Source: Candidatus Bathyarchaeota archaeon (GTDB lineage: Archaea > Thermoproteota > Bathyarchaeia > Bathyarchaeales > Bathycorpusculaceae). From it: DNA of 64,000 nt. The DNA is taken from NCBI GenBank assembly GCA_963775685.1, contig CAVZJV010000014.1, positions 1,824,001 through 1,888,000 on the forward strand, given 5' to 3'. Of this stretch, positions 39,020 through 49,334 are shown in pieces. How positions within the stretch are numbered: the first letter of the stretch is position 1; every line of letters begins with the position of its first letter. The notes beneath the pieces were generated by a model. That model saw nothing but the letters and a program-made list of their open reading frames with translations. It searched no databases and had not been told where the DNA came from. A program made the translations under genes and the position numbers.

Positions 39020-40833
39020 AAAAGCAACAAAATCAGGATTAACAATAAAGCTTCGACTCCAAAGATGGGAAACACCGAATGTTTTGCCTTAACAATTGCC
39101 TTATCCACCAAGGTAGTTACGGACTTTAAACGTTCCTCGCCGATTACTCGGACTCGTGGCACAATGAAGGTTTGACATCCTGCCTTACACAATTCAAGGT
39201 TTGTTTCAGCAGCCTTCACCAATTCAACGATGTATCGAATAAGCACTATTTGATCCATGACCTCGCCGACAGGATGGTAGCCGCGTCGCCCCGTAATCGA
39301 AGCGGTTACAGCATGAGTATCGGTTGTGAAAACTTCGCTGGCATCAAAACCCAACCCTTCTAAAGCGTCGAGGATTTTTTCGCGTAGATTTGGAACCATG
39401 TTGTTGCCATCTATGACTATGTATGCTGTTTTCTGGTTCTCTACTTGAACGGCTATCGCTGTGATGCCACCCGCGCCCATGCCTGCTTTAAGGGTAAATT
39501 CTGCTGGAAAAACTGTAGCTGAACCAACTTTAAAGCCCTTTTTTGGCAACTCAACAGCTTTTTGAAGGCATAGAGAAGCCGCCCGCTGTAGCTCATCCAG
39601 ATGCTCTGCCGTGTCGATTACGTCGGTTAAGCAGTTGTGGCAATTAACAACAATAGCGTTTTGGAGTCCATGCTTTTTGGCTTCCTCTTCAACGATGCGT
39701 CCTAGCTCCTGAGGCAGGTCTTCTGTGGTTTGAGGCGCAAGTGAGAAGGACAGAAAGGCGGTGTCCCCGAAAATCTGGCAAGAAGCCGTTGCGGCACCCT
39801 CCGTGACTCTAACAAGGGGCGAAGATAGAGATGATTGAGCCTCAAATTTAGCTGAAGCAATTACTTGAGCGGCGATCTTGTAGTTCTGAGTTTGTGAAGC
39901 TAAGTCACGCTCATGTCCAAGGATTCCTAAGGGAACACAGGCGGTGATACCAAATTCTTTTTCGACTTCGCGTTTGAGAAGCGAAGGCAGAAGGCTGCTG
40001 CCTATGTTCTTGAAGGGACCTGGATGCACTTGAGGAACGATTATGGCGGTTTTAGGTTTGGAGGCGTCGAACTTTAACACGGTCACCTCAATGTCAGCGT
40101 CGCCTCCCATTGCTTCGAGGTGTTTTTCGAGGGGTTCGTTTTGGTCTGTGACCCAGTTGAGTAGAAACGCCCTAAACAAAGGTAGTGCAGGCAGCGAGTA
40201 GTTTTTTTTTCCTAAACGATCGATGGATGAAAGTAGCAGGTGCACGGCAGCGTAGCCGATTATTGGGGATAAGACTATGAAGGGCAAAACCTGCCAAATA
40301 ACATCACCTGATACGGTTGCCCAAAACACTAAGAATGCCAGTATGGACAAGGCTGGCTCAATTAGTATTGAAAGGAGCTGTCGTCCTATAGTTGCTGATG
40401 AGGTAGCGTTAAATACCAAAAACCGAAGTGTCACAACGGCGGCGAAGCCTAAGAGGCTAAGTTTTACCCAAATTAACCAGCCAAATGTGAAGCTCAAACC
40501 AACTCCAAAAACGATGAAGACCATCCATATTATCCAGCATGCAAAGGATAACCCGAGCGTTCTCCGCACTGTAAAGATGGGATCGCTTTTGAGGAGATAT
40601 TTGCTTACCAATGTGTCAGTTAAGTAAGTTATAGCAAAAAAGGCAAGTCCTAGAGCTAAACTGACTAAGGAGGGAAAGAGTAAATAGGTGCTGAGGTTAA
40701 TGGCGATGATGCAGGTGGCAGCGACGGCTAAGAGCGCTGTTTTGTATGATGGAAGAAAGAACATCGATGAATAATGTTTGGTTGCACTATCCATTGATTG
40801 GTTTAGAGAACTCTGGGATGCCATGTTTGACAA
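39016..40833 (-). CDS. DUF2070 family membrane protein
   Basis: N-terminal TMs, VHPGPF, HERD, NCHN, DGNNM, TTDTH. Confidence 0.85.
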   Translation of the reverse strand: MSNMASQSSLNQSMDSATKHYSSMFFLPSYKTALLAVAATCIIAINLSTYLLFPSLVSLALGLAFFAITYLTDTLVSKYLLKSDPIFTVRRTLGLSFACWIIWMVFIVFGVGLSFTFGWLIWVKLSLLGFAAVVTLRFLVFNATSSATIGRQLLSILIEPALSILAFLVFWATVSGDVIWQVLPFIVLSPIIGYAAVHLLLSSIDRLGKKNYSLPALPLFRAFLLNWVTDQNEPLEKHLEAMGGDADIEVTVLKFDASKPKTAIIVPQVHPGPFKNIGSSLLPSLLKREVEKEFGITACVPLGILGHERDLASQTQNYKIAAQVIASAKFEAQSSLSSPLVRVTEGAATASCQIFGDTAFLSFSLAPQTTEDLPQELGRIVEEEAKKHGLQNAIVVNCHNCLTDVIDTAEHLDELQRAASLCLQKAVELPKKGFKVGSATVFPAEFTLKAGMGAGGITAIAVQVENQKTAYIVIDGNNMVPNLREKILDALEGLGFDASEVFTTDTHAVTASITGRRGYHPVGEVMDQIVLIRYIVELVKAAETNLELCKAGCQTFIVPRVRVIGEERLKSVTTLVDKAIVKAKHSVFPIFGVEALLLILILLLF

Positions 40834-41061
40834 TGGAATCGGATAGCCCTATTAAAATTTAGTCTAGCAACCGATCTTTGGAGAGCAATAAATACATTAT
40901 TTTGATTAACATAAAAATGTCAAAACAGTGTTTTAGCATAAAAAGCGCTAAGCGTAGGCTTCGGCAAGCTGTTTTTGAGCGGTTGGAGCCGGAAACCAAC
41001 ATGTTTTGGCAAGGGAACGGTTTTATCCCTAAAAGCCATATCTTAGTAGTTTGCGAACGTT

Positions 41062-41352
41062 ATGCCAGATCAAGACCTACCTCCGTCAATCTTCCATATG
41101 CTGGAGAGAAACGTAGGCAAAAAAATCAGAGTTATACTGGACCCCGCATACGGGTTTGAGGGCGTCCTAGCCGCGGTTACCCATGAGCCATCAGGAATCT
41201 GGCTATCCGAGGCAGAAGCAATCGTTTTAAGGTCCACCATCGCTCAACCCATCCCGCAGGTTGCCAGCCGAGAAGAAAGAAGCGAACTATTTTTGCACCT
41301 TAACTCGGTTCAAAGAATAGAAGTCTTACACTCTACGCCGCCAAGACGATAA
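41062..41352 (+). CDS. Divergent Sm/Lsm-fold protein
   Basis: Helix + GKKIRVIL...FEGVL..IWLSEAE, ELFLHLNSVQRIEV pattern typical of the Sm1/Sm2 strands. Confidence 0.6.
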   Translation: MPDQDLPPSIFHMLERNVGKKIRVILDPAYGFEGVLAAVTHEPSGIWLSEAEAIVLRSTIAQPIPQVASREERSELFLHLNSVQRIEVLHSTPPRR

Positions 41353-41362
41353 AAAAGCGTGT

Positions 41363-41533
41363 TTATGGGAAGAAAATTTTCGCTAAGACAGACACAACAA
41401 TGAGTGAAACCGCAAGAACCACAAGCAACTCTGGCCTGATTTTGACCCCTTCGGTTTCTTCCTCAAAGAACCTAAGCAAACCTGCGCTGGCTGCAGGCAT
41501 TGGACCGGTATCTTTCTTTTTCCTTCGACTCAC
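41363..41533 (-). CDS. secG: Preprotein translocase subunit Sec61beta/SecG
   Basis: Below ORF-track cutoff. MSRRKKKDTGPMPAASAGLLRFFEEETEGVKIRPE followed by a C-terminal TM. Confidence 0.92.
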   Translation of the reverse strand: MSRRKKKDTGPMPAASAGLLRFFEEETEGVKIRPELLVVLAVSLIVVSVLAKIFFP

Positions 41534-41897
41534 CAAACATCCCTTATCCTATGATGTGCAATGCCTAATATTTGCTTAAACTAATTAATCTTGCGCCAAA
41601 ACTTGTTGCCTAAAACAGGAAATTAATTCTTCAGAAGACTCCAGGCTTTAGTTTGCTAAAATAGGTTAGGCAGGATAAGTTGCGGGGTTTCTTTTGTATG
41701 ATAAATAAAGGTGATAGTTCTTCGTGAGCAAAATGAGGAGTCAAGGTTTGGCGCATGTTTGGATTCATAACAAAGGGGTTATAGCTTTTCTCGAACAATC
41801 GTTTGTATACGAAAGCATCAACCAAAACAATAAAAATTAACTTAATACAAGTTTTAACTTTAATACTCTCCATGGCAAATCCTCTCCGTGAGAATCC

Positions 41898-42185
41898 ATG
41901 CAAATCTATGAATTTCAAGAAATGATGAAACATCTTTACTTTAAACGCGACTCCGAGCGGGGAATAAAGGGCACTTTCAATTGGCTTGTCGATGAAGTCA
42001 ATGAACTGGGTGAAGAATTGAAAGGAACAGACAGAGAAGCAACTGAGAAGGAATTTGCAGATGTCATTGCTTGGCTTGCATCTCTTGCCAACATAATGGG
42101 TATCGACCTTGAAAAAACCGCCCTCAACAAATACAAAAACAAATGCCCAAAATGCCAAAGCTCACCGTGTAAATGCGCCTTTTAA
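41898..42185 (+). CDS. MazG-like nucleotide pyrophosphohydrolase
   Basis: WLVDEVNELGE..EKEFADVIAWLASLAN, C-terminal CPKC..C.C. Confidence 0.88.
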   Translation: MQIYEFQEMMKHLYFKRDSERGIKGTFNWLVDEVNELGEELKGTDREATEKEFADVIAWLASLANIMGIDLEKTALNKYKNKCPKCQSSPCKCAF

Positions 42186-42430
42186 CTGAGACGTTTCTGC
42201 CCAAAACCTGTCGCCAACCAAACATAGCGCCCGCTTCCTTTCCGCTCGACTGTACCTTCGTCTTTTAGCAGCCGAAGATGATAAATTACAACACCATACG
42301 ACAAACCCGATTCCTTAGAAATTTTGCAAGCCGCAAAACCCTGCTTCTGAAGCAAAACCAAGATTTTTGTCCGCGCCAAAAGACCACAATGTACGTTTCT
42401 CGTATTCTTTAAGTAAGCGTTGGGATGCAT
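42182..42430 (-). CDS. Small ArsR-like winged-helix protein
   Basis: RTKILVLL..ISKESGLSYGVVIYHLRLLKDEGTVER. Confidence 0.75.
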   Translation of the reverse strand: MHPNAYLKNTRNVHCGLLARTKILVLLQKQGFAACKISKESGLSYGVVIYHLRLLKDEGTVERKGSGRYVWLATGFGQKRLS

Positions 42431-42495
42431 GGACTCTTTGATGCTTCTCTTCCACCTTGAAATATGAGTGCAGGTTACCCATTGAAAAGCTTTAG

Positions 42496-45400
42496 CTAAC
42501 TAAAATCGAAAAGCTTGGCCTGCTTGGGCTTTTTGTTATCAAACATCATAGCTATCTCTTCCTTGATAAGATCCATTCGCTGCGTGTAATACTTTGGCAA
42601 ACCATACTTGTCCACTAACTGTTGAGCTGCAATGAGATACTTCTCTATGCCACCTCGATAAACTGTAAGAGTTAACTGTCCACCGCAAAACGGACATTTA
42701 CCCTTAAGCGGCAGACGACGAAACTTTTTGTTGCAGGATTTACAGCGAAACCCCTGAGTTGAAAAAGCACGCATGTTCCCAGCGATGTCACGCATAAAAT
42801 GAGTATTGAGAACTTTAAGCGCGACTCGCCTTGCATCGACCGCGTCAATCCGCTCGCCCAGTTCCAACTGCATATGAAGCTTGTCTATCATGGACTTGAA
42901 TTCTTTGTAAGAGCTGTTGGCGTTGCCGAGGTTGATGTTGGTGCATGGAGTAGTGTATTGGAAGCCTTCATACTGGGCTTCTGTTCCCAATCGGTGACTG
43001 ATAACATCCATTAAGGCGCTTGCAGGCCTAGCATCAGACTTCTCCAAAGTCTTCTTGTAAAACTCGATTGGATAGGTCGCACTCACGTCAAAGTCGTGGG
43101 CTTGTCTTTGCACTTCCTTAGTGTTCACAAAGGGAATAAGCAAGATGGGCGCATCCATGATTCCGCCTATTTGTGCAGGCAAATAGATTCGTGAAAAGTT
43201 GACAAGCGTGTCCAACGCAAGCATGATTGCATCTTCGTCACCATCGCAGTCCCGACGCTTAGCCGAATGCCAAACAGGATGAGCATAAATCACATTTCTG
43301 TCAGTAAAGCCAACTACTCTGCCCAAAATGCAAGCACACGTGTGCGGCGCCAACCCAAAAAGCAAATGCCCAACCATATCTTCAGCTTTCTTAACGTTGT
43401 AGAAGGCAGATTGCTTGTACACCCGGGTTAAGAGGTCGTCGATGAAAGAGGCAATTTGAACAAAGTATTCACCTGCACTCCAAGGAATAACGACATCTTG
43501 GATTTTTAGTTCACAGACTTGATTAGGTTCAGTCAGTGGCAATCCATGCGTGTCCGCGAGGTAGCCCATCTGACGCATCTTTTCGACAGACACACCGATT
43601 TCGAAAGGTGTTATGTGTGTTAAAGGGGCGTTTGTGGCATCGAAGCGTATGGTGCCGTCTTTATAGACAGATAATCCATGCTTTGCCCGCAAGATTCCTT
43701 TTTCGATGATTTCGGGGGTCTTATCTGAGTTGGTTAAACCTTTCACTCCTCTCAACATTTTGGGTGCGTGGTAACCGATGTTGATTGATGCTTTGTCGAT
43801 TTGTTCTTTGAAGTTTATGGGTTGCCGCTGAAAGAGAACTCCATCTGTTTTGCAGGTTGAGCAGCCGCTGTCTTTAACTATTCTTCCACAGCGTGGACAG
43901 CTCTTCTCGGGAACAGTTTCACAGCCACAACTGTCGCAAACGATTTTAAGCGTATAGACTTTGCAGCTGGGGCATTTACGTTTAGCTAACTCGACAAAAA
44001 CTGGACCTTGTCGCGCTGCTTCCATCAAGTCACGGTGGGAGCCGCCCTTTAAACCAACCGGAAAAAGCACATGAACATTTGGCTTCATTTCGCGATGTTT
44101 AGCTTTCTCGGGTCTACCCATGCGTCCGCCCACGTATGTTGGCGCTTTATCTTTAACCTGCACACCCGATAGCAGAGTCAGCAACTCAAGCACCGAATCC
44201 GCTTGCAAAGGTTCAGTAATCCTTGAAGTGCCATATCCAAGAGTGAACCCGAAAGCAGCCGCGTCCTCGCCATACAACACGACATTGGAGTCAACGATCT
44301 TGTGGGGCAAAAAGACTTTTCGAAACGAGGATAGGACTTCATCATTAACGGGTCCCGTGATTTTAGAAGCAACCCCATCTTCAACGCAGACGTCACAGCA
44401 AACCAACCACTTTTGCAGGGATTCAACCTCTTGAACTGTTTCTAAGCTGGTCCAAAAAAACGTGCAACTCGGCGCTAAAGGAATGCCCAATCTTTGGCTA
44501 AGCAGTATCGCTTCTTTAACTGTGGGCTTGTTTTGGAAAGGGTCAATAAAGAAACTTTCAAGCTTCTTAATTGAAAGCTTGCACGCGTCTGCAGCTTTTC
44601 TGTTGTCGGCGCCGAATTTTCCTAAAACTGCTTTTTGCAAGTCTTTTGACCACCATTCCTCCACGTAACCAGATGGGAGAAGTGCCTTGTTGCAATAGAG
44701 GAAATCGCCAAAATCAATAAGCATGTCACCTAAGAAGAGGATTTTCTGAATCTTTCCTTTAACATCTGCGAAGTTTTCGAGGGAAACTCGAACTACTGAG
44801 TTATCTTTAAGCAAGACCACGGGTTGCTCGATACTGTCCACGGGCATTGTGACTCCGCCTTTGCCAGGTAATTCCAAACGCATCTGGGTGCCAGCTGCAA
44901 GGAACCCATCGACCACAAGCATCGTGGCAGGATGAATACCTACTGCCGAGAGCCCAGTATTTCGAGACCTGCCATATCTTAACCTAAAACCTCCCCGAGT
45001 AGAAGGAAAAGAGAAGATAGGACGTCCTGCGATAACATCGTCCATAAAGCCTCCGGATTTTTTCTCAGATTTCTTCTTGAACTCTTTTAGCCAGTCCCAG
45101 CCCTGAAAACCCAGCTTGTCAATGATTACATATACTTTTTGGGCGCGTCCCACAATGCCATCATTTACAACACGAAGTGCGCCTCCTCGCACTCGATTTG
45201 TTTCAACTCTCTGCAAGTTTCTATAAGATGAAACCTCTACAGGATCTGATTCTGTTCCTGTGCATTCCACAGGAATCAGGTTTAGTGCTTTTCGCAGTTC
45301 CCCATCAGGGATGTGATATTGAAAGCGTCCTACTGAACGTTCATAGAGTCTTAGTTCTTCTATGAAGCGGGAGACTTCATCTTCTGTAGGCTTATACTTG

Positions 45401-45921
45401 TCTAGGTTCAGCTCGCGACGAACATAATCTCCTACAACCAAGGTTAAGGCCTGGTCTGTGCCACCTGCTGAACGGATAGGCCCAGCGAAGTATATGGCAA
45501 GGTAACGTGTTCTGTCGGCGTTTGTTTTAATTTTTACTTGTGCGATGCCTTGAATAGGGGCTGCAGTTAGGCCTTCTGTGAAGATTGCTAAGGCAGTTCG
45601 AATTGCTTGTTCAGCCAATTTCTCTTGATTAATTTTCTCTTGATCCGTTTGGGCGAATTTGCCTTGGGCAATTTCTTGAGCCACCTTGAAAGCAATTTCT
45701 TCACGTGGTATCTTGTTGCTGAGTTCACGGATACTTAAAGCAACGCCCTTGGGTCCTACTAAGCCTTCCACTAAGTCAGCAATATCTTGAGCTTTAATGC
45801 ACTCTGTTTTTAGGGCTGGATCAAGACCTTTGGATCTGGCGCTGTCGCTTATTGCATATAGGAGCTTTAACTGGTTTTCCAGTGTTTCAACGTATTTTTG
45901 ATAGCCCTTGCTGATATTCAA
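42496..45921 (-). CDS. polC: DNA polymerase D large subunit DP2 (no intein)
   Basis: AGPIRSAGGT, RLRYGRSR, GRMGRPEK, AKRRDCDGDED, C-terminal PIP-like QAKLFDF. Confidence 0.97.
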   Translation of the reverse strand: MNISKGYQKYVETLENQLKLLYAISDSARSKGLDPALKTECIKAQDIADLVEGLVGPKGVALSIRELSNKIPREEIAFKVAQEIAQGKFAQTDQEKINQEKLAEQAIRTALAIFTEGLTAAPIQGIAQVKIKTNADRTRYLAIYFAGPIRSAGGTDQALTLVVGDYVRRELNLDKYKPTEDEVSRFIEELRLYERSVGRFQYHIPDGELRKALNLIPVECTGTESDPVEVSSYRNLQRVETNRVRGGALRVVNDGIVGRAQKVYVIIDKLGFQGWDWLKEFKKKSEKKSGGFMDDVIAGRPIFSFPSTRGGFRLRYGRSRNTGLSAVGIHPATMLVVDGFLAAGTQMRLELPGKGGVTMPVDSIEQPVVLLKDNSVVRVSLENFADVKGKIQKILFLGDMLIDFGDFLYCNKALLPSGYVEEWWSKDLQKAVLGKFGADNRKAADACKLSIKKLESFFIDPFQNKPTVKEAILLSQRLGIPLAPSCTFFWTSLETVQEVESLQKWLVCCDVCVEDGVASKITGPVNDEVLSSFRKVFLPHKIVDSNVVLYGEDAAAFGFTLGYGTSRITEPLQADSVLELLTLLSGVQVKDKAPTYVGGRMGRPEKAKHREMKPNVHVLFPVGLKGGSHRDLMEAARQGPVFVELAKRKCPSCKVYTLKIVCDSCGCETVPEKSCPRCGRIVKDSGCSTCKTDGVLFQRQPINFKEQIDKASINIGYHAPKMLRGVKGLTNSDKTPEIIEKGILRAKHGLSVYKDGTIRFDATNAPLTHITPFEIGVSVEKMRQMGYLADTHGLPLTEPNQVCELKIQDVVIPWSAGEYFVQIASFIDDLLTRVYKQSAFYNVKKAEDMVGHLLFGLAPHTCACILGRVVGFTDRNVIYAHPVWHSAKRRDCDGDEDAIMLALDTLVNFSRIYLPAQIGGIMDAPILLIPFVNTKEVQRQAHDFDVSATYPIEFYKKTLEKSDARPASALMDVISHRLGTEAQYEGFQYTTPCTNINLGNANSSYKEFKSMIDKLHMQLELGERIDAVDARRVALKVLNTHFMRDIAGNMRAFSTQGFRCKSCNKKFRRLPLKGKCPFCGGQLTLTVYRGGIEKYLIAAQQLVDKYGLPKYYTQRMDLIKEEIAMMFDNKKPKQAKLFDFS

Positions 45922-46019
45922 GTAGATAGCTCACATGCAAGATATGGACATATGGGTTATTTTGGCTTTCTAAAGCTTAAAGAAAAACCTAAGTTGAAAG
46001 TTATAGTTAACAAAAAGTT

Positions 46020-46766
46020 TCAGCGAGTTTTTATCGCCGCAATTATTTCAGAGATTCTTTGATTAGCATCGCTTGATTCAGTGATGTTTCCAGTTACGAT
46101 TATGTCTGCTCCAGCCGAAGCCGCAGTGAACGCCTGCTCTTTGGTCTTTATTCCGCCGCCAACAATGAGCGGAATGTCTATTAGATGCTTTACTGCCCGA
46201 ATCATTTCAGGAGGCACCGGGTTTGTTGCTCCGGAACCACCTTCAAGATAAATGAAGCGCATGCCGAGGTATTGACCTGCTAGAGCATGAGCAGCTGCAA
46301 GCTCAGGCTTATTGTACGGCAATGAAATAGCTTTTCCAACTATCCCAGCTGTTCCTCCATCGCCGACAATTATATAGCCCATAGCAATCGGTTCTAAACC
46401 GTATTTTTTTACAAGTGGAGCGCCCAAGATTTGGGCGCCTATCAGGAAATATGGATCAACCGAATTTAAAAGTGACATGAACCAAATTGCGTCTGCATGG
46501 CTACTTATTCCAGTTACGTTATTTGGGAAAAGAATTGTGGGAATGTCTACCTCGGATTTAATGGCTTTCACTATTTCATCCAAGTGATTCTCAGAAACAA
46601 ACGTTGAGCCCCCTATCATTATAGCGGCCGTTCCGCTATTCTTGGAGCTTTTAGCAATCCGCGACGCGGCCAAACCAGTTACTTTTTCTGGGTCTATTAG
46701 GGTTATGTGAATTGAGCCATCTGTTTTTATTTTTTCAAGCAAGTACCTTTCAATAGGCCCAGGCAT
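46020..46766 (-). CDS. Geranylgeranylglyceryl phosphate synthase
   Basis: LIDPEK, MIGGS, YLEGGSGA, VGGGI. Confidence 0.92.
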   Translation of the reverse strand: MPGPIERYLLEKIKTDGSIHITLIDPEKVTGLAASRIAKSSKNSGTAAIMIGGSTFVSENHLDEIVKAIKSEVDIPTILFPNNVTGISSHADAIWFMSLLNSVDPYFLIGAQILGAPLVKKYGLEPIAMGYIIVGDGGTAGIVGKAISLPYNKPELAAAHALAGQYLGMRFIYLEGGSGATNPVPPEMIRAVKHLIDIPLIVGGGIKTKEQAFTAASAGADIIVTGNITESSDANQRISEIIAAIKTR

Positions 46767-46782
46767 ACCAATAATCCTTCAG

Positions 46783-47052
46783 TTACTCTTTTTTCACGCT
46801 TGTTACAGGCGTTCTTTTTTGTGTACCATAAACACGGTCAGTAAGCATGCAGTACACGTCAACTTCGCCTTGTGCGGATTTAATTGTGAATTCTTCCTTA
46901 AGACCACAGCTACTGCATTGTGCAACAGAATGACCACCCTCTTCTCTTATAATTTCCACTTTCACGGTCTCTTTTCCGCATCTAGGGCATGAGAAGAACT
47001 TCGGTAAACGTTTCTTTGGAATATGGACAACTTTTTTTCTTCTTCGCCCCAA
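46783..47052 (-). CDS. elf1: Transcription elongation factor Elf1
   Basis: MGRRRKK..LPKFFSCPRCG..CSSCG..VDVY. Confidence 0.85.
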   Translation of the reverse strand: MGRRRKKVVHIPKKRLPKFFSCPRCGKETVKVEIIREEGGHSVAQCSSCGLKEEFTIKSAQGEVDVYCMLTDRVYGTQKRTPVTSVKKE

Positions 47053-47149
47053 TACAACAACCTTCTACATCGTCTGGTTAAGCTCATAATATTTATGTTT
47101 GTCCTTAAATACTTGCCTACTAACCATCAATAATGAGGCTGCATGGTAA

Positions 47150-47992
47150 GTGAAATTAACGCCTTCCCTGTTAGAGATAGATTTTTCGGAGACACAAACT
47201 AGAATCTGCCGTTTCATAAAACAATACGTGGAAAACGCTGGAGCAAAAGGAATCGTTCTTGGTCTCTCTGGAGGAATAGACAGCGGAACCATAGCGGCAC
47301 TGTCAAGCCTTGCAATAGGAGGCGAAAACGTCCTGGGGCTTATGTTGCCTGAAAAGGAAAATTTTAACCAAAAAGACATCGACGACGCCAGAGCCGTTGC
47401 AGGCCAATTTCAATTGGAAACCCATGTCTGCGACATGTCAGAAGCACTTAACGGATTATATGGGGCCATTCCTGCTTTTGACAAAGCCAACAAGCTCTGC
47501 AAAGGAAACGTCAAAGCACGAACAAGAATGATTTTTCTCTACTACTACGCCAACAAACAAAACCGAGTCGTCTGCGGCAGCTCCGATAAATCCGAAACGA
47601 TGATGGGCTACTTCACCAAATGGGGAGACGCCGCAGCAGACATCGCTCCAATCATGGATTTATACAAAACGCAAGTCCGCAAACTCGCAATGCATCTTGG
47701 AATCCCAAAGGAGCTCTCCATAAAACCCTCCACTCCAGCGCTTTGGCCAAACCAAATGGCAGAATCTGAGCTTGGAATCAAATACGAAACCTTAGACCTT
47801 ATTCTCTATGGACTCGAACGGTTCATGGAACCTCAGGAGATTGCCAATCAACTGGGCATAAAGATCGTTATGATCGACCAGATAAAGACTCGATGGCTTG
47901 CCAATGAGCATAAGAGAAGAATGCCCCTTGCTCCTAAAATTGGGTATAGAACTGTGGGAAATGATTTTAGGCTTCCAAGACACACCTATTGA
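47150..47992 (+). CDS. nadE: NAD+ synthetase (synthetase domain only)
   Basis: GLSGGIDS, GNVKARTRM, GYFTKWGD, LYKTQV. Confidence 0.94.
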   Translation: MKLTPSLLEIDFSETQTRICRFIKQYVENAGAKGIVLGLSGGIDSGTIAALSSLAIGGENVLGLMLPEKENFNQKDIDDARAVAGQFQLETHVCDMSEALNGLYGAIPAFDKANKLCKGNVKARTRMIFLYYYANKQNRVVCGSSDKSETMMGYFTKWGDAAADIAPIMDLYKTQVRKLAMHLGIPKELSIKPSTPALWPNQMAESELGIKYETLDLILYGLERFMEPQEIANQLGIKIVMIDQIKTRWLANEHKRRMPLAPKIGYRTVGNDFRLPRHTY

Positions 47993-48002
47993 GTGGAAAA
48001 GG

Positions 48003-48836
48003 ATGAAGGATAAAATCAAACTTGCTTTGTGCCAAATAAGCAGTAAGCGGGAAGACAAAAACGAGAATCTGCGTAAAATTGAAGGCTTGACGTTAAAAGC
48101 TAAACAGAGGGGGGTAGACTTAGTGATTTTTCCCGAAATGTCACTTACAGGCTACGTGTTGCACGACCAAGTCTACGAGTTAGCAGAAACAATTCCTGGA
48201 CCCACAGTCCAAAAAGTTGAATTGTTAGCAAAGCAAACAGGGATGCACATCATTTTTGGAATGCCTGAACGAAGCGAGAAAACCCATGCAACAGTCTTTA
48301 ACACAGCGGTCTTTGTTGGTCCAAAAGGGCTAATCGGTAAGTACCGAAAGATGTATTTGCCGACTCATAGCGTGTTTGAAGAAAAAAGGTATTTTCGTCC
48401 AGGCTATAAGCCAGCCGCTTTTGAAACGGACTTAGGAAACATAGGTTTAAGCATTTGTTATGATGTTTTCTTTCCTGAAGTGTTTAGACTAACACGTCTT
48501 AAGGGTGCTCAATTAATAATTTGCATTTCTGCTTCTCCAGCTGTGCGAAGGGGGTACTTTGAAATTTTGACATCTGCTCGGGCACTAGAAAATACATCAT
48601 TTTTAGCCTACGTTAACCTTGCTGGTGTCGAAGAAGGCTTGCAATTTTGGGGAGGAAGCCGCCTCGTCTCTCCAACTGGGGATGTTGTAGCTAAGGCAAA
48701 GTACGATGAAGAAGACTTTGTTGTGGCTGAAGTCGATTACAGTGATTTAAAGACTGCTGAAACCTTCATTCCGACCTTAAGAGACCTGCGGCCTGAACTT
48801 TTCGCCAAACTGAAAGAGTATTCAGAGCGTCTGTAA
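48003..48836 (+). CDS. Carbon-nitrogen hydrolase (nitrilase superfamily)
   Basis: E-K-C triad: FPEM, YRKMYL, ICYD; ATG 48003 preferred. Confidence 0.9.
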   Translation: MKDKIKLALCQISSKREDKNENLRKIEGLTLKAKQRGVDLVIFPEMSLTGYVLHDQVYELAETIPGPTVQKVELLAKQTGMHIIFGMPERSEKTHATVFNTAVFVGPKGLIGKYRKMYLPTHSVFEEKRYFRPGYKPAAFETDLGNIGLSICYDVFFPEVFRLTRLKGAQLIICISASPAVRRGYFEILTSARALENTSFLAYVNLAGVEEGLQFWGGSRLVSPTGDVVAKAKYDEEDFVVAEVDYSDLKTAETFIPTLRDLRPELFAKLKEYSERL

Positions 48837-48838
48837 CA

Positions 48839-48973
48839 AATCACAACAAACTGCATTGCCATAGGTTGGTATCACAGATGAATCACAACCCTGTGATGCG
48901 AATGTTTAAACGTGAAAATCACATGATTTCTGCGCGATCGGTGACGTCACGGGTTTTTTCATACTAAGTCACA
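48839..48973. repeat. Cluster 1 of RTCAC/GTGAY motifs including GTGACGTCAC palindrome
   Basis: ATCACA at 48840, 48871, 48882 and 48918; TGTGAT 48892; GTGACGTCAC 48941-48950; GTCACA 48968. Confidence 0.75.
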
Positions 48974-49334
48974 TGTAAGATAGTCATGCAATAAAGTTCG
49001 CATTGCGAGAAGCACAGAAACTGTGTTTTGTTCGACATGAGTCCGAAAAAAAGGGAATAATTAGGGGAAGGTTCATTTGAAAAAGTGTATTTTTCATGTA
49101 AAGTTTAGCCTTAATTGGTTGATGAATAATCAAGATTTTTGTCGTTTTAATGTTAATCGACCACAAAACAACTCAAAACTGCCGAAAACACTTGTTTTAG
49201 CTTTATTTTACTTTTTAGGCATTATTTAGTCGCTTAATTATGCAAGATATGTGTTTTGGCGCTCGGACAAAAGTTAAAAAGTCGACAATGTCTACAAAAC
49301 TGTATCCATTCAAAGGATAGGGAGAAGCAACGAA

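Noticed and set aside
40878-41159. 93-aa ORF overlapping the Sm-like gene
   Set aside because: It spans the divergent promoter region and overlaps a better-supported ORF in another frame.
9574-45921. Inteins in MCM, PpsA or DP2
   Set aside because: Lengths are typical of intein-free proteins and the conserved motifs are uninterrupted.
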